A DNA stretch of 64,000 bases from Salpingoeca rosetta. Lineage: Eukaryota > Protista > Choanoflagellata. Below, one piece after another: positions 34,339 to 52,472 of this stretch (position 1 is the first letter of the stretch; each line of letters opens with the position of its first letter). The notes beneath the pieces were generated by a model that saw only the letters and a list, made by a program, of their open reading frames with translations, was not told where the DNA came from and made no database searches. The stretch covers positions 3,451,711 through 3,515,710 of the forward strand of contig JAWQFM010000001.1 of the NCBI GenBank assembly GCA_033442325.1, given 5' to 3'. Position numbers and translations under genes: made by a program.

Positions 34339-35460
34339 TCATTCGGGAATGACAGAGTAGTAAGTGCCACTGCCAGCGGATGCAGCTGAATCACGGTTGC
34401 TGGTGTCGATTCGGAACGCGCGTGTGCGGGGTATCGTCTCATACTCGGCTTCGCCACCATCTGCTGCTGTCGGCTGCGGCAGTGGCAGACGCTGCCCGTG
34501 CAGCCCGTTGCGATGTTCCCACTGCTGCAATTGGGGCTGCTGCAAGTGATTCCGCCCTGGGGTGGCTGTGGATGGTTCGTACAGGATGTTTGCCGTGTGC
34601 CCTGGCACGTCCAGTTCTTCGTAGATGTGCTGCGACACGCCGCGCTCCTGTCGCCATTGACGGTGGGAGGATGTGGGGATCGCCAGCCCATAGTCGACTG
34701 TGTTCGGCCCGGCTGCTGCTAGTGACGGGGGCGATGGGTTGGTCGTGTGGTCCAGGGCAAGCCTGGTCTGCGAGCTCTCGTGGGCGGTGATGTCGTTGTG
34801 TGAAGAGGGGTCGTGCTGGCGGCCTTCAAGCACCAGTGCATAGCCTGCTGGTATCTGGCCCCAAGCACTGATCCCCGCGGGCGGCGGCGATGAAGCTGCC
34901 ACTCCTGCCGTCCGTACCGTCAGCGACTGCCTTTCTCTTTGCTGTTGTTGTGTGTGCCAGGGGCGGGCGCTGCTTGCTGCGGTCGACTCGTAGGTCATCG
35001 GCGTCTTCGTGGTGGGCGTGGTGGTGTACGGTGTGTCCTCTGCTGCAGCTGCAACCGACGGAGAAGGCGGCAGCAAAGCGGTGCTGCTGGAGGATTGCCG
35101 GGTCAGCGTCGGCATTGGCAAGAGCGGGGTGATGTTGTTGACGCGTTTTGCAGGTTGTGGGTGCTGTGGCTGCTGCTGTTGGTGTGGCAAGCGAAGGTCT
35201 GGCTGCACCCTCGGAGCTGCACGCTTGTTTGGCTTTGCTCTCCCACTGGCGCACGTGGACGCGTATTGTGGCGCGTGGCGCTGTCGCTTGTTGCGGCGCC
35301 AAAGCGACGACACGGACAGGCATCCCGCAAGCAGCGCAATGCACACCAGCAGCGGGACCACCATCAACACCGCCCCTCCCACGCTGCCGCCGGGGCAGAG
35401 CGGGCACGAAGGCGCATTCGTCGGGCGACTAGCGCCACCACTGCCAGCGGCCACGACCAT
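34339..35460 (-). CDS. Single-pass transmembrane protein with a disordered, multi-tyrosine-motif cytoplasmic tail
   Basis: TM GAVLMVVPLLVCIALLAGCLSVSSLW is followed by RRNKRQR. Tail motifs are DYGL, IYEEL, LYEP, EYETI and TYYSVI*. An upstream exon is possible. Confidence 0.7.
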   Translation of the reverse strand: MVVAAGSGGASRPTNAPSCPLCPGGSVGGAVLMVVPLLVCIALLAGCLSVSSLWRRNKRQRHAPQYASTCASGRAKPNKRAAPRVQPDLRLPHQQQQPQHPQPAKRVNNITPLLPMPTLTRQSSSSTALLPPSPSVAAAAEDTPYTTTPTTKTPMTYESTAASSARPWHTQQQQRERQSLTVRTAGVAASSPPPAGISAWGQIPAGYALVLEGRQHDPSSHNDITAHESSQTRLALDHTTNPSPPSLAAAGPNTVDYGLAIPTSSHRQWRQERGVSQHIYEELDVPGHTANILYEPSTATPGRNHLQQPQLQQWEHRNGLHGQRLPLPQPTAADGGEAEYETIPRTRAFRIDTSNRDSAASAGSGTYYSVIPE

Positions 35461-35986
35461 ACCCTTTGCTCTCACGCGCTGTTCCTTGCAGCCGATGGTT
35501 GGTTGCCTCTTGGCAAAAGCATCACACCTGCCTGCCTGTAGTGTAGATGGTCAGGAAAAGGGTGGTCGAGGGTGGCGAGACAGGTGCACAGCTGGATGAG
35601 GTGCACGCAAGCAAGACAAGGTAGACGATGGGTGAGTGTCGTCGTGGTGTGGTGTGGCCATTCGCTTCAAGCAAGCGAGCCAAGCGAGCGCAGGGGCGAA
35701 ACACAAACAAAGAGCAACCACGTTCGCTCAGCATGAGGACCTCGTTTGGCGCTCTTTGGAAGGGAGGGTGACCTGATGTGACTTGAGGTTGGAAGGAAGG
35801 ACAGGACAGGACAGGACAGCAAGGAGAAGGTGTACCAGCGACGCAAAGAAGTATGAAGTGAAGCAAGCGCCTGCCTGCAAGCACACAACAAGGTTGCTTC
35901 AGTGTTGTTGTGGGTTGTGGGTTGTTGTGGGAAGATTTTGCGCGCACTCGTCACACTGTTCCTCGTGTTGCCCAAAACCCCCAACA

Positions 35987-36088
35987 ATGATGATGGGGAG
36001 GCTGATTCAACGAGGAGCAGCAGCCACTGCTGTTGCGATCACGACCACACGCGCAGCACACTCTGCTGCAAGCTTTGCAGGTCAGCCG

Positions 36089-36160
<72 letters not shown>

Positions 36161-36560
36161 GTACGTGGACACGTCGGCCACTTCTGCACATCGCTATACT
36201 GATAATACTCAATATTCAATCCGCGGGTGATCTATTTGATCTAATGGCGGATTTTGTCAAAGCAACGTAAGCACCCTAAGGAAATCCTACGACACAAGAG
36301 TCTGCAAACTGCAGGACAATTCGATGTCGTGATGGATAGTGTGAAGTCAGAGGTACAAGCTTGTTCCTCGAGGAATCAAGAACATAGGAGGTAACTATTG
36401 TTCTGAGGTTATCAGATTTAGGGATCTCTTCTAAATATCACTAACGAGACGCGAAGCATTGATAAACTCCTAGCAGCGTTGCATGAGCCTACTGGATTAA
36501 TCATTCGGTCGGTTCAGGCATCGTGGTGAGTTCGACCATAGGCGCGGCTTCTGCGCCGCG

Positions 36561-36630
<70 letters not shown>

Positions 36631-36823
36631 GAACTGACGTGTTCGTGACTCTTGTTTTGGATGCAGTGCGCCCAGCGCTGTTGGATGCGGTGAAGCAGCT
36701 TGGTTTCACCAAGCCAACTCCAATCCAGAGCACCGTTGCTGACGCCCTCAGTAGCAACACCATGCGCAAACCCCTCATTGTCGGTGCTCAAACCGGCAGT
36801 GGCAAGACACTCGGTGAGTTGTA

Positions 36824-36865
<42 letters not shown>

Positions 36866-38521
36866 GGAGTGCGTGCGCGCGCGCGCGTGTGTGTGTGCTC
36901 CGTGTGTATGCGCGCGTGTTTGTGCATACATGTGTTTGTGCATACATGTGTTTGTGCATACAAGTGCTTGTGCTAGCGGCTCTTGCCCAGTGCCCGCTTC
37001 TTGACGTACAATCAGCCTGCCTCCTGCCGTCTTCTCCTCAACCCGAGACACACACACACACACACACACACTTGCATACACACACACACACACTTGCATA
37101 CACACACATTGGCACTGTTGCACACGTGCGAAAGCGTATGTGTTGCCCATGCTGGATGAGTTACTGCAAGCACCTGGACGAGGATGTGGACTCGTAGTAA
37201 CACCTGGCAAAGAGCTGTGTATGCAGGCAAGTCACGGGTTGGCAGTTTCCCTCGCCTTTGATTGCCACGGTCCACTATCGCGTGCGCTCTCTCCACCCCA
37301 TGTCTCATACACACTGACACACTGACGCAATGGTAACATGCACAGGTGACGCAAGTTTGCTATGCTGTGGCCAGCAAGGTGGGGATGAAGACCGTGCAAA
37401 TGTACTCCTATGACACCCTCGACCAACTCAACAACCCAGATGTCATCGTCACGACAGACACCGTCCTCAAGACTGTACGTCACAAGCACACCTGCCCGTG
37501 CATGGCCAGCTGAAGGTCGCCCATGCAGAGCTTGGGCATGGCTCTGCACGCGCGCGCGCACAATCTGCGACTCACCCTCACTTGACTGCACACACACACA
37601 CTCACACACACACACACACTCACACTCACACTCACACTCACACTCACACGCACCATTGTCGTGTCTGCAAAGGTTGACCTGTCTACACTAGCGGATCGCC
37701 TTTGCTATCTGGTAATCGATGAGTTTGATGCGGCCTTCACTGGAACAGAGACCACCCATCTCTGGTCCCTCATTCGTCAAGTCGGTAAGGTTGATGAACG
37801 CCCAAGCGCACATGACACATTCATGCACAGCCATTCACACGCACACGCACAAACACACGCGCACACACACACACACACATACACACACACTCACTCCCAC
37901 TCTCTCCCTGCGTCTGCGTAGCGCCTGGAGCCCTCAAGTTATCGTATTTGAAGCGACAGCGTGCGATAAAGCTTGGTGCGTGCCGCATTGCTCCCCCCTT
38001 CAGATGTGCTTATCTGCGAGTGCACTGACAAACGCAAATGTGGGAGCCACGATTTGCATTGCCATGTACCCACCAGAATACACAGTTACATGCACACACG
38101 CACGCTGCTGCATGTTCACCCCATATATGTGTGTGTGTGTGTGTGCGTGTGCGTGTGTGTGTGTGTGTGTACGTGCGTGTGCGTGTGCGTGTGTGTGTGT
38201 GTGTGTCAGGGCTTGATCCTAGTGAGGAAGAGGAGCATGCAGTGCGCCCACAGGTCATCTTCACCGGCGCTACCCTCCCTGATCGCGGCACCAAGTCCAC
38301 CATGGCCGAGGTGTGCAGCCGCCTCGCACCTCACATCATCGTCTCAACACCAAAGTTAGCAGGCAGGCCGTGAGTGTGTGTGTCTGACTGTATGATTGTG
38401 TGTGTCTGTGTGTCTGTGTGTCTGCCTGCCTGTGTGCGTGTCAGTGTGTATCTGTGTGTTTTTCTTTGCTTCCCTGCGTTTGTCATGGTTCTTCGTGTTG
38501 CTTTTGAGAGCCAGCAAGAGG

Positions 38522-38587
<66 letters not shown>

Positions 38588-39490
38588 CAACAGGTTGCAC
38601 ACGCCTGTTGACCGGCTTGTGCAGCTGTTTGACTTCACGTGTGTGACGCAGGAGCCCTCGCCCGCACCGCGTCCGATTGTCAACACGACGCCTCTCGTCA
38701 CCGCTGTCTCGAGGGCCCTGGATGAGGGATGGAAGGAGCGACAACAACACCAACACCAACAGGAGGCAGAGTGTTCTGTGGATGATGGGACATCTTGCAA
38801 GGTGTGCCGCCTGACGCAACACGCTTACACGTGCACGCTCATGCACTGCATGTCTGGATGTGTGTGTGTGTGTGTCTGCCTGTCTGTCTGTGTATCGGTT
38901 TGACTCAGGCACACACGCACGCAAGCACACACACACGCGCGCGCACGCGCACGCACACACACGCATACACACACACACACTCTCTCTCTCTCTTGTCCTC
39001 TCATGCTCACTGGTACTCACAAGCAATCGCATGTCCACGTCACAGCACGCGCGCGTGTGCGAATATGTCAGCGCTGCGCTGCAGCAAGATGCGTCTGTTC
39101 TCGTGTTCAACAACACTGTGAACAGCGCCATCGCTCTCAGCGAAACACTGAACGCCCGCTTTGGAGGCGAGTGAACAACCAGACGACACATGTGTGTGTG
39201 GGTGGGTGGATTAGTGAGCTGATCGTGTCAGAGGTTGCACTTCACGTTTCACTTCTTCATTTCGTCTCACACGCGCGCTCGTTTGCATGCATATCACGTA
39301 CAAACACACCATTCTCAACACAATGTCTTCACTGCCGTGCCTCAGACGCCGTCCGGCCCCTGCACAAGAAAATACCGCCGCGCCAGCGATCAGCCACCCT
39401 CGAGGCATTCAAGCAGGTGTGCGCACGAATGTGTGCATACATGTGTGTGTGTATGCATGTTCTACAAGGATGCCTTGAGCATTCACACAC

Positions 39491-39554
<64 letters not shown>

Positions 39555-39825
39555 CGCCACAACCACAGGGCGACGTGAAGGTGCTGTGCTGCACGGATTT
39601 GCTCGCGCGTGGCATTGATCTGAACGTCGACCTCATCTTGCAAGCAGATTTTGCACAGGTGCGTGTGCGTGTGCGTGTGTGTATGTGTAAAAACGCCCGT
39701 ATGTGAAAAATGCCGACTCATTATCTGACCTTGCTCTATGCACTTTCATCAGGATGTCGTGTCATATCTCCATCGCATCGGACGGACGGCGAGGAATGGC
39801 AAACACGGTTGCGGTGAGTGCATCT

Positions 39826-39896
<71 letters not shown>

Positions 39897-40292
39897 ATTA
39901 CTCACTCACTCACCACGTAACCTCCCCCCTCTCCTTCCAACGACGGCACAGCGGTGTCGGTAGTGTGCGACGAGCGGCTGCCGCTGGCGAAGGAGATTGC
40001 AGCGCAACTCGACAGCCGACGCGCACAGCAGTGGCACTCGTGGCGGGTGGCAGAGGCTGGCACTGCCACGGAGCACGATACGTCGCCCGAACAAGATGGT
40101 GCTGACGCCGGCACAGCACAACGCACGACCGAGAGCAGTGATGTCGGTATCAGTGGTGTCAGTGGTGTTGGCGCTGCAACGCTGTCTTCGCTGTTCAGCC
40201 GCAATCGCTCAGGACGGAAACGCCGACAGAGGGAACAACGCAGTGGCGGTGGCGTGACGAAGAAGGGCAATAAGCAGAGGAGGCGCGGGTGA
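35987..40292 (+). CDS. DEAD-box RNA helicase, DDX28/RH22-like (organellar ribosome assembly), ~12 exons
   Basis: Q motif GFTKPTPIQ, AQTGSGKTL, TPGKEL, DEFD, GATLP, LHKKIP, TDLLARGID, YLHRIGRTAR and C-terminal FSRNRSGRKR. The putative first exon MMMGRLIQRGAAATAVAITTTRAAHS resembles a targeting peptide and splices in phase to 36668. Confidence 0.9.
36160..36562. mobile_element. Possible insertion (~400 bp, ~42% GC) inside a (GT)n microsatellite
   Basis: Repeat-free, TpA-rich block flanked by (GT)n on both sides. GTCGT occurs at both junctions and there is a GC-rich terminal hairpin. Confidence 0.35.
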
Positions 40293-40542
40293 TGATGATG
40301 GAATGACAAATGGCTTTTGATTGTAGTTGATATCGCTGTGCAGTTTAGGGAAGGTTTTACGACCGCCCGCTGATGGCGGTGTTGTACATAACAGAGCAAC
40401 ATACACAGGAACAACCGAGCACGATGACAAGTACAACGACGACAGGAGGAGTATCTTAGACACACACACACACACACACAACGATGGGGCTGCACGAGAC
40501 TTGAAATGACCCAAGGCAAAACAGCCACACGCACACACACAC

Positions 40543-40608
<66 letters not shown>

Positions 40609-40633
40609 ACACACATGGACGAGCACGGGTTGG

Positions 40634-47466
<6,833 letters not shown>

Positions 47467-50400
47467 ATGGAGGGGAAGGACAACCACGATGCTGATGACG
47501 CCGGCCGTGCCGCTGTGGCGCTGCGTCTGAGGCACGACATGCCACACCTGCACGGTGAGCAGCTGTAGTAACCCTGTGACTGCCGTGGTGCCGCCTGCGT
47601 GTTCGAGAGGCCTGCCAACACAACATTGACAATTGCTGTGGGTCTCGGTTGTGTTTTGCAGACGCGTGCTACCTGGACCATGTGGGTGCGGCCATGTACA
47701 CTGCAACCCAAGTCAAGGCATGCTCCGACATCTTGTTGCAGGAGCCGCTCGGCAATCCTCACAGCATTCACCCAAGCAGCACTCGGTCCACGGAGCTGAT
47801 TGAGGAGACTCGGCAACTCGTTCTCAAGTAAGTGCGTGGTCTGTGAAACTGTGCGCACCTCTGTTTGATCTGCCTCAATGGTGGGAGCAGGCATGTGTTG
47901 TCAGAGCCGAACAAATGGCATTGTGGATTGGGGGTGCGGGCGGACACGTGCACATGTGCGCACGCATTGCCTGCATGTGATGACTGCGTGCACACACTTG
48001 TGTCGCTTCCCTCAAGTTGCTGACCCTTTTTCCGCGCTCACCGCCACTACACTGCGACAGTTTCTTTGGTGCACGAGCACAGGACTACGACGTCGTGTTC
48101 ACGGCTTCGGCAACGCATGCGCTTCAGCTGGTGGCGCAGGCCCTTTGCCCGGACCCAGACACGAGTGGGCTTGACTCCATGCTCTTCAGCTATTCCAACC
48201 ACAGCCACACCTCCGTCACTGGCATGCGCGCCGCGTTCCAGCAGCGCGGTGCCACGTGTCAGCCGTTTTCGCGACAGCAGGTGCAGCCTGCAAGTGGCAA
48301 TAGTTCTGCTCGCTCATCCTCCTCATCGACATCATCAAAATCAACCTTTCGCCACCACCTGATTGCATACCCGGCCATGTGCAACTACTCTGGAGAGCGC
48401 TTCCCTCTCGAGTGGTGTCGCCAGCTCAGATCCAACCACTTGCACATCACCAACGCACCACACGCCATCCCAAACACCATGGTGAGTTCGTGTGTGTGTG
48501 GGGGGGGGGGGTGTGGCTGTTTATTCGGGCACATCGTCTCCTGCAGTTCAACGCGACACTCACACACGCACGCACACACACACACACGCACACACACACA
48601 CGCACACACACACGCACACACACCCTCTCACACACACACACACGCACGTATATGCACACACACACTCACGCACATGCTGGCGCACATCTCATTCTCCACA
48701 ACCAATGGTGCGCAGGTCCTGCTTGATGCTGCATCGCACGTGTCCACGAGCCCGCTCGATCTCAGCGCACACCAGCCAGACATGGTGTGTGTCTCCTTCT
48801 ACAAAGTGTTTGGCCTCCCCACGGGTCTTGGCTGCCTCCTTGTTCGCCGTGCCGTCGCCCACGCTCTTCGCCCAACCTACTTTGGTGGCGGGACCGTGCG
48901 TGCGTATTCGGTGCTGCCTGATCACCAGCACGTGGCGCTGGCAGACGACGCCCCAGCGCATGTGCGAATGGAGGCCGGCACACAGAACTTCCTCGCCATC
49001 GCCCAGCTCAAGGTGCGTGTGCGTGTTGTGTATGGCTGTGTTGTGGTTGTGTGTGTGTGTGCGTATATGTGTGTATGTGTGTGGTGTGTTTGCGTGTGTG
49101 TGCGTGTATGTGTGTATGTGCGTGTGTTGGTTGTGCGCGCGTGTGTGTGTGTGTGTGTGTGCTGGTTGTGCGTGTGTGTTTCTTGGAGGTTTCACATTGA
49201 ATGACCCATCTCTATTCTTCGTCTCTGTATGTGCTCGCTTGTTCCTTGCTGTCCTCAATTGGCTCATCTGACTTTGCCCTTCCCTCTTCCTCTTCGACCG
49301 TACGCTGTTTCCCAGGCAAGCATGGCTGCGTTTATGGCCGCTGTGGGCTCGATGCATGTTGTGCGTGCGTACACAGCAGAGCTGGCATCGTACTGTCGGC
49401 GGCAGCTGCTTGCCCTCCGGCACTCCAACGAGCAGCCACTCGTCACCATCAACTCCCCCTGGTCCAACGACGATCTCAACGACACACAGGTGCTGTGCTG
49501 TGCTGCACCGTGCTGTGTTGTCTTGCCTTGTGTGTGCGTCGTGTGCGTGTGCGCAAAACGTGTAGCTGCTTCAGCGTGTGTTCGCATACTTGCTTAAGCT
49601 GGAGATCAACACACATCGTCCAACTCTCACTCTCGCCGCTGTGCATGACCCCCTGTTTCTCTCTCCCCCACCCCTTGGTTTGTATCCATGGCATACTGCG
49701 ATGATCAGAAGCAAGGCCCTGTCGTCAACTTCAATCTGTGTCGCCACGACGCCTCACTCGTCTCCCCGTCCGAAGTGTGCAATCTTCTTGCCCTCCACAA
49801 CATCCACGTTCGATCAGGTTTGGATCATGTGGGTTCATGGCGTTTCGTGGACTGGTTACATCACCCACACTGTGCACATGAGAGGATATCACGTGAACCA
49901 GCACGAAGCACACATGCGAACAAGAAGAACGGGCGTGCACACTGACAAACACACACACAGACACACACACACTCTCTCTCTTTCCTGACCTCATTGTTTT
50001 TTCTTCACCCCATTGTCCCACCCTTCCTTTCCCCACCCCACCCAGGCTGCCTGTGCAACGCCGGCGCGTGCCACGACATTGGCGGGTTCGCACAGCAAGA
50101 CTACGAACGCATGCTGCAAGCGGGATACGCGTGTGGAACCACAGAGGACATGCTTGTGAGTCAGGGTGTCACGCTGTAGAACAGCACTCACGTGCAACCA
50201 TGGCTTCACACACATGCACACAAGTGCGCATGCACAATTGCCGCACTTTCCTCTGTCGTGGCCTTGCTCCGTCTTGGCTTTGCTTGTTGCTCTCATTGTT
50301 GCTGCTGCTGCTGCTGCTGACATGGCAATGCTTCGGCATATGCGTGTGTGTGTGCTTGCTTCAACAGGATGGCAGGCCCATCGGCGGTGTACGGGTGTCG

Positions 50401-52086
50401 TTTGGTGCATACTCTGTCAAGCAGGTGCGAAGTCTCAACAACAATGACAACACGTCACAGATGCACACATGTAGACGTGACAATGCACACGCAGAGTTGT
50501 GCACAGCGTTGCGCCATGTCCACGCGCTCACATGCATCCACGTGTACTCGTATGCATCCACCATGTCCATAGGATGTTGATCGGCTCGTGCGTGTGATCC
50601 GTGAGTACTTTGTGGACGCGACAGACGCATTGATGGCGCCAGCGGAGAAGCGGCAACAGCGACAGCCGCAGCACAACACAACAGCACTCCCTGTTGACGC
50701 CGCCACACACACGACAGGCCACAATCTGAAGTATGATGATGCTGATCATGACGACGCAAGGGGCGGTGCCGTTGCCGACAAACAACCACACATTGCACAG
50801 CTCACACTGTACCCTATCAAGTCGTGTGCCGGGCAGTCGGTGCAAGCGTGGCCGCTCTCAACAACAGGGCTCGCATATGACCGCACGTGGATGGTGGTGG
50901 ATGATGCAACCGGCAGAGCGCTGTCGCAGAAGCAGCACGCACACATGTGTCTCATCAAACCCACCGTCGACCTCAGCAGCCACACGCTCACCATCACGGT
51001 GCCCACCACCGGTGCTGCAAACGCAGGCCGTGGTGATGGTCACCAAGACTTGGTGTTCACGATCCCCCTGGACCCGCCAGCCGCCACCGACACCGGTGAC
51101 GTCACGAGCAAGCCGGCGAAGGTGTGTGCCGATGCGGTGCAGGCATTTGACTGCGATCCTGCCGTCTCAGCAGCACTGTCGACGTTCCTGGGGCGCCCGT
51201 GCCGCCTGGTACGACAGGCCGGTGCCAGCACACGTGCCTGCCGTGTGGCGAAGGGCGAGTCGACTGCTGTGTTGTCGCTCGCCAACGAAGCGCACTTTCT
51301 TGTTGCTTCCCTCTCGAGTACCCGCAAGCTGCTTGCAACCATGCACAAGAGCGAAGAAGGGCAGCGACTGGTAGACCCTCAAGAGCAGCGGCAGCAACGA
51401 CAGCAACGGCAGCAACGGCAGCAAGGGGAGGAAAAAGAAGAAGAACACGGCAACAAGCATTGTGATGGGGCGGGGACAGATGACGCGATGGTGTGGGTTA
51501 GGCGGTTCCGCCCAAACATCGTCATTGATGGCGCTGACGCGTTCGCTGAGGACTTGTGGCGTGTGGTGAATGTGTGCGGTGCGACTGGAACGGCAACAGC
51601 AAAACTGGAGTTTGTACGCTGCTGCCGCCGTTGCAACATGGTTTGTGTCGACCAAGCAACCGGCCAGCGCACAGCCGAGCCTCTCGCGACCCTCTCAAAA
51701 GTTCGCAAGCGCAAGGTGTGTGTGTGTGTGTGTGGGTGGGTGTGGGGGTGTGGGGGTGTGCGTGGTTGTGGTTGTGTGTGTGTGTGTGTATGTGTCTGTC
51801 TGTGTGTGTGTGTGTGGGTGTGGGTGTGTCTGTGTGTGTGGGTGGGTGTGTGGGTGTGTGGGTGTGACAGGTCGCCGAGAACGTACACGTGTGAGACTGA
51901 CTTGCCAGCGCTGCTTCTCACGTGCTTTACCTTGACGTTGACCTGTTTTGCTGATGTGACCAGGGCGCAACCTATTTTGGTGCGCTATTCAACGTGGTAT
52001 CCAGCAAGGGCACAGATGAGACAATGCTTGCCGTTGGTCAGTCGCTCTCCCTCGTCCAATCCACCGCAGATGACGTGACTGAGTAG
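47467..52086 (+). CDS. MOCOS: Molybdenum cofactor sulfurase (NifS-like PLP domain plus MOSC domain), multi-exon
   Basis: YLDHVGA, GNPHS, VVFTASAT, HTSVTGMR, LLDAAS, SFYKVFGLPTGLG, YFGGGT, RSG|CLCNAGAC, VRVSFG, LYPIKSC, RFRPNIVI, CRRCNMVC, EPLATL; stop at 52084-52086. Confidence 0.95.
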
Positions 52087-52143
52087 TGTGTGCGTGTCTG
52101 CCTGTTTGTCTGTGAGTAAGTCTGCCTGTTTGTCTGTGAGTAA

Positions 52144-52189
<46 letters not shown>

Positions 52190-52472
52190 ATGTTTGTGTG
52201 TTGTTTGCCACCCTAGGGATCTTTAGAACTGCCCGCTCTGCCACGCCCGTACACCCATAATTTTCTCCTCGCTTCTTGCATCGACATGAAAGCGTGTACA
52301 CGTTCAACCCATCTGCAAAGATTTTCCCGCCAAAACGATCAACCCAAGAAAGAGACGAGCAAGAGACAAACCCCGTGCCATCTGCTGCCTCACACACACA
52401 CACGCACACATACACACATACACACACATACACACACATACACACAACTATATCGCTGGGTTCTTGGGGGCG

